A stretch of 64,000 bases of DNA from an uncultured bacterium (lineage in GTDB: Bacteria > Patescibacteriota > JACMRA01): contig CAWAQU010000006.1 in NCBI GenBank assembly GCA_963784355.1, positions 1-64,000 of the forward strand. Direction: 5' to 3'. Below, piece by piece: positions 60,501-64,000 of this stretch (positions within the stretch are counted from its first letter, which is position 1; each line of letters begins with the position of its first letter). The translations under genes and the position numbers were made by a program. The notes below the pieces were generated by a model. It was not told the DNA's origin. It searched no databases and was given only the letters and a program-made list of their open reading frames with translations.

Positions 60501-63500
60501 CAACGTAATCCAACAGCAATCTTAACAAATCTACTTTGAGCCGGAGTTAGTTGATTATATGAAATTTTACCATTACTAAAGTCTGCATAAGTACTTCTTA
60601 ACGCATTTAGTAAAGCTCTGGTATCCATATCAGATTTTCCTTCTGCCCCAGCTGCCAAAATTCTAGTTACTGATACTAAATCTGTAGGTGGAACACCTAT
60701 TTTTATAAACCTGTCCCTTAACTCCTTATCTGCAACAGTAGCTTTAAACCGACTAGCATCCAAGGCTTTTGATAGTGAAATTTCTTTACCGTCTTCACCA
60801 GTTATTCTCATGTTTTCAAGAGCAGCTAGCCCGTCTAATCCATTTGCGTTAGGATTTACACCTGGCTCAATTCTAGATCTTACTCTAGGATCATTAGGGT
60901 TTACATCTATAATCCTATCTCTAACCTCATCTTCGGACAGACCCGTATTTATCATTTTAGATAAATTTTCTCTAGATAAAGCAATATCAGCTGAATGTTC
61001 ACCATTGATATGTTCTCCGGCAATATAAAAATTTGCAATTTGTGAAGTATTACCAATTCTATAAGCCTTCTTAGTTACAGTATCAATATATACCAATTTA
61101 AATGTATATTTCTTTGTTTCTTGATTCCTATCCGCAACAAATCCAAGTGCAGTGTTGTTTTTATCAGCCTCACTAACAATCTGTACATCATTCAAACTTA
61201 ATTCAGGACCTCTAGTAAGTGTATCAACTCCGGTAAAGGTAACTTTTACTAGTTCAATAACGTTGTTTCCGGATATTCTTGCATTAACATTTTTATTTAA
61301 AGTATTCTCCTTATCGGCTACATTAATAGCTTTGTTAGAATTTTCTAATTTGCTAGCTGAATTTTTTACATTGTTTAAGTCAGCCCTTGCAACTTTTAGT
61401 TGTTTTTGCAGTTCATTACGTGTTTTAGGATTTTTTGTACCATCCAATTTCTTTTGCAAATCAGATATTTTAGATTCTAAAGGCTTAATTTTAGTATTAT
61501 AGGACGCTGACTGTTTATTTTGCTCCAAAACAATCTTATTATTAGCACTAGGTTTAGATATTACTTCTGCTTTATCAACTATCACTTCATTTCCGCCGTT
61601 AACAGCATTAATAACACTTGAACCAGCTCCATTATTTTCATTGGTTTCTACACTTTGATTACTTACATTAACTTTAGTTACATTAGCTACGGCGTTTTCC
61701 GGATTTGGAATTTTCAACCCTAGATTTTTATAAACTTCAGCAACTGGCATGTCTGTCCTTAAAGCATAAGCTTCGACTTTTGTTCTCAATTGAGTATCGG
61801 CATATGTTAGTTGATCAGCTATTCTTTGAACTTGCTTTTCATTAGCAACAAGCTGAGATTCAATCCTTCGTGCAATGGTTCTTCTAGTTTCTACACTTCC
61901 TTTATTATTAGCCCTATATTGCTTTCTCAATTCCTCATTTTTTAGATATAATCTTCTGGATTCAGCTTCAAGTCTTCTTTTTTCTGCTAGTGTACCCTTA
62001 AACTCCGGTGTAACTTTATTTATATCAATATTATTTCTTTTAGCTTCAGTAGTGGACTGCTGTTGTAGTTCGTCATTTTGCTCATTTGAGTCTTCATTCC
62101 ACCATACTGTCTTTGGGGAGTTTGGAGTTTTATTTGACTGTGCTACTACTTGAGGTTTCGGCTTGGGTTCAACTTTTTCAGCATTTACAGACACTGATTT
62201 AACCCATCCTAATTCTTGTTTAGCACTCTCACTTGGTCTATAAACTACATATTCTGCTTTTCCACCAACATTGAATGGTCTAACAAGCAGTTTTTCAGGA
62301 TTACCCTTTACATATCTAACTAAGAACTCCTGCCCGTTTAATTTCACCGTTTCATCCTTTATACCTGTGATGAGCTGCGAAGCTTTAATAGTTGTCTTAG
62401 TTAACAAACCTCTCATTAAATCATTGCTAAATCTAGCTTCTTGGATTTGTAAGTTATTATTTTCTGCAACAGGATTATTGCCATTATTTACATTTTGATT
62501 AGTAGGCTCCGGCTTTGCATCCACTGCTATATCCGGATAGGCATTTACAGCTACATTAGGATAAATCTTAGAATTTTTGTTTGCTTGAGCTTGTTGGTTA
62601 ACTATAGTCGGTTTATCCCAACCCAATGAAACTCTAGTATCTTTTGTTGGTTCATAAATCACTGACTTACTGTCACCACTGTCACCCCTTACAACAAATG
62701 TTCTAACAAGTACTTTTTCATTCGTGCCTTTAACATAGCCAACTTTAAAACTCTCCTCATTTACTGTTACAGACTGTATTTTTGTACCGTAGGTTATTTG
62801 TGAAGGAGTTAAATTACTTTTATCAACCCAACGATCCATTGATTTATTAAATCTAGTTTCTTGAGCGGCCAGATCACTAATATTAAGATTAGCTATTTGT
62901 ACTTGATTGGGCACTTGTACAGGCTTCGCGTCATTTTGATTTATAGCTTGAGTTTTAGACTCAACAGGACGTGCTGTAGGTTTAGTTACAGGTTTTGTTG
63001 GTTCAACATTAGGAGTTACTATAGGCTTTGGTTTACCTACATTTTGAGCTACAGCTTGACTATTATTTCTTTCAATAGCAACTAATAATTTTTGTCTTGC
63101 ACCTTCAGAGATTGGGTTACCTTGTGAATTGATAAAGTATTTAAGTGATTCTTCACTAGGTACAACTACTTTTCCATCTTTTCTAATCAAATACCAAGCT
63201 TCTCCACTTTTTGATTTATAAATTGAAAATGGCTCTCCTCCATAGGTGATTTTAGTATTGGCACTAATCAAATTTGAACGAGATATTTTGGCAGACTCTA
63301 ATTCAAGTACAGGCCTTAATGGAGCATTTTGAACTACTTCTGTTCTTGTTGGTTGTTTTGGCTTAGACTCAATTGGAGTTGGAGCTGCTGCTCTTGTTTG
63401 AGCTTCTTTAAGCGCTGATGCTGAACTTACAAGCTTACTTCTAATCTCTGCAGGTAAAGTTTGGAATCTTTGATCTTTTGATACCCTATCACTTACTACA

Positions 63501-64000
63501 AAAGCTTCATTATTTTTGTTGACTAAGTATAATCTATTTCCGTCTTTACTTACTCTAAAAGTGAATTCTAAATTACCAGCAAGCTTTATACCTTCAATTC
63601 CTCGATATGAGAAGGTTTTGGTGTCTCTTGCAATATTTATATTAGGAACTTTGGTTAGATCAGTTGGTGCAAGTATATTATTTAAGGGTAAAAAGTTGAG
63701 GTCAGAAGCACCCTTTATATCAGGTATACTTTGATTTTGAGATATAGCTGCAATCTTTTCCTCTGTAGCATTTGAGTCGTTAAAACTTGCATTAGGTGTT
63801 AATTTACTAGTATCAGGTAAATTTCTACTACCCTGAGCATTGTTTACACTGGTAGGAGCTTCACTATGTTCTGCATGAGCAATTTTAGTAGTTTGCCCTG
63901 CCCAAGGATTAATAGGTTTAACAATATCATTTGTACTTACAGTTGTAGTTTGAGAGCCTTGAACTGTATTTAATACCTTATTCAAAGAACTTCGATAGTC
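57554..64000 (-). CDS. Giant (>2140 aa) hypothetical protein with internal repeats and Pro/Thr/Val-rich C-terminus (partial, start beyond window)
   Basis: Frame stays open to the window edge (GAC TAT CGA AGT TCT TTG...). Confidence 0.85.
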   Translation of the reverse strand, partial: DYRSSLNKVLNTVQGSQTTTVSTNDIVKPINPWAGQTTKIAHAEHSEAPTSVNNAQGSRNLPDTSKLTPNASFNDSNATEEKIAAISQNQSIPDIKGASDLNFLPLNNILAPTDLTKVPNINIARDTKTFSYRGIEGIKLAGNLEFTFRVSKDGNRLYLVNKNNEAFVVSDRVSKDQRFQTLPAEIRSKLVSSASALKEAQTRAAAPTPIESKPKQPTRTEVVQNAPLRPVLELESAKISRSNLISANTKITYGGEPFSIYKSKSGEAWYLIRKDGKVVVPSEESLKYFINSQGNPISEGARQKLLVAIERNNSQAVAQNVGKPKPIVTPNVEPTKPVTKPTARPVESKTQAINQNDAKPVQVPNQVQIANLNISDLAAQETRFNKSMDRWVDKSNLTPSQITYGTKIQSVTVNEESFKVGYVKGTNEKVLVRTFVVRGDSGDSKSVIYEPTKDTRVSLGWDKPTIVNQQAQANKNSKIYPNVAVNAYPDIAVDAKPEPTNQNVNNGNNPVAENNNLQIQEARFSNDLMRGLLTKTTIKASQLITGIKDETVKLNGQEFLVRYVKGNPEKLLVRPFNVGGKAEYVVYRPSESAKQELGWVKSVSVNAEKVEPKPKPQVVAQSNKTPNSPKTVWWNEDSNEQNDELQQQSTTEAKRNNIDINKVTPEFKGTLAEKRRLEAESRRLYLKNEELRKQYRANNKGSVETRRTIARRIESQLVANEKQVQRIADQLTYADTQLRTKVEAYALRTDMPVAEVYKNLGLKIPNPENAVANVTKVNVSNQSVETNENNGAGSSVINAVNGGNEVIVDKAEVISKPSANNKIVLEQNKQSASYNTKIKPLESKISDLQKKLDGTKNPKTRNELQKQLKVARADLNNVKNSASKLENSNKAINVADKENTLNKNVNARISGNNVIELVKVTFTGVDTLTRGPELSLNDVQIVSEADKNNTALGFVADRNQETKKYTFKLVYIDTVTKKAYRIGNTSQIANFYIAGEHINGEHSADIALSRENLSKMINTGLSEDEVRDRIIDVNPNDPRVRSRIEPGVNPNANGLDGLAALENMRITGEDGKEISLSKALDASRFKATVADKELRDRFIKIGVPPTDLVSVTRILAAGAEGKSDMDTRALLNALRSTYADFSNGKISYNQLTPAQSRFVKIAVGLRWLPGGDRILASNGRLNIRDINLAQAALGADGVTAFMDVTLSRMNKIVAGFGEGNFSESRGMPRRLNDLAHMAKYNKLTSEQAKEALDLANQYRYSDLYSRNRGTATDKEFNNNLSELNALLKAEGQETLSKEQFVRKASTSGIIIPTPWGIYERGSTNSEIGFSPNNPQEVARLNKIYNEISNDYKVKYGLPRAAELLHIVVPLLKYGGFVSWSGEDKGGIRVESKDDFLQTIAVYKSAETDPKLAGVIKNETANGASFITAFTKAVSDKSGKINYTINLGNGKSFTINSAEEAAQVAKAIQNTALIISTERNRGVRTGVAGSNPVIVTGASSSLEQMAGHTNDLSDEIRGHLKQAGGIVAEGRLKGLDHDKAQIQSLIKKVGHSPKAVTAAYLKSSGDFNASEIKKFANGGGKITTVSEAGLLNKVITQVVSNNSNTKLDVTATLLKNGNTRIRMFNDHSFEILWCNNLSLVNQPEFKGNISVVATAAECLTVPQYEQKTKSSGAALAVDSIKGNNTVEAGESLGKLHESAKKMFESCFPALKNNVISIYGKDITNLKPLSDAQLKQKLAGIPNRNVAPNVTMHDVIEGLNVLIANGDTKNAKMIIEGFARSDITSFNLKKGSSSSILGLFTGKLFLSIGSSRYMEVTMSTESDLQDVALCQALKAVKEVHLAEIEQRNSRISLVATPSHSQPEVKKEIKREQGNATSETTPTSQPNQGPTPEAPKNVTPNQGGSTSPTQPSSTGNGVEVPTAPAPKPSVNVNEGVSTGTTTPATTGQQGPIPTAPVKPEVNIPTSNVQSPTVPTSTPAEVVVPKPDVVPVIEQPPVTPTQPTVPVQPQVPEVVVPETPVIVKPDVGVGSGIGTPETLPGSLPGQVVTPIAPTTPPPIVQPPVTPTQPTVPVQPQVPEVVVPETPVIVKPDVGVGSGIGTPETLPGSLPGQVVTPIAPTTPPPIVQPVRPSIQFNNGVNTNPWVPQAGGGN
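57629..58031. repeat. Perfect tandem duplication, 198-bp (66-aa) unit
   Basis: PPVTPTQPTVPVQPQVPEVVVPETP...TTPPPIVQ twice, nucleotide-identical. Confidence 0.9.

Noticed and set aside
40323-63734. Short antisense or alternate-frame ORFs inside the helicase, rpoB, aspS and the giant gene
   Set aside because: Fully nested in well-supported genes and carry no recognisable motifs

Overview
AT-rich bacterial chromosome segment (standard code 11). Gene content, scrambled operons, absence of Shine-Dalgarno motifs and many large surface proteins suggest a Patescibacteria/CPR genome (inference). It holds about 50 CDSs (dnaN, groSL, xth, pgi, lysS, murB, priA, aspS, rpoB, dnaG, typA, dps, an ABC transporter, cell-envelope enzymes, four large surface proteins) and tRNA-Cys. 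Main observations: (1) The window appears to span the replication terminus. Twelve KOPS octamers (GGGNAGGG) all point at 42.7-44.4 kb, where a 28-bp near-palindromic dif-like site lies inside priA. Five intergenic copies of its 12-bp arm (GACTTCGTATAA) flank it and flip orientation across it. (2) lysS is preceded by an unannotated Lys-rich leader peptide with terminator/antiterminator hairpins, contains a +1 frameshift near its start, and is fused to a DUF2000/PTH2-like domain. (3) typA/bipA is split into two separately transcribed genes 6.2 kb apart, and priA is also split and degenerate. (4) Two surface proteins share an RTGG-TM-basic sortase-like tail. All family assignments are from motif recognition by eye; no database searches were run.
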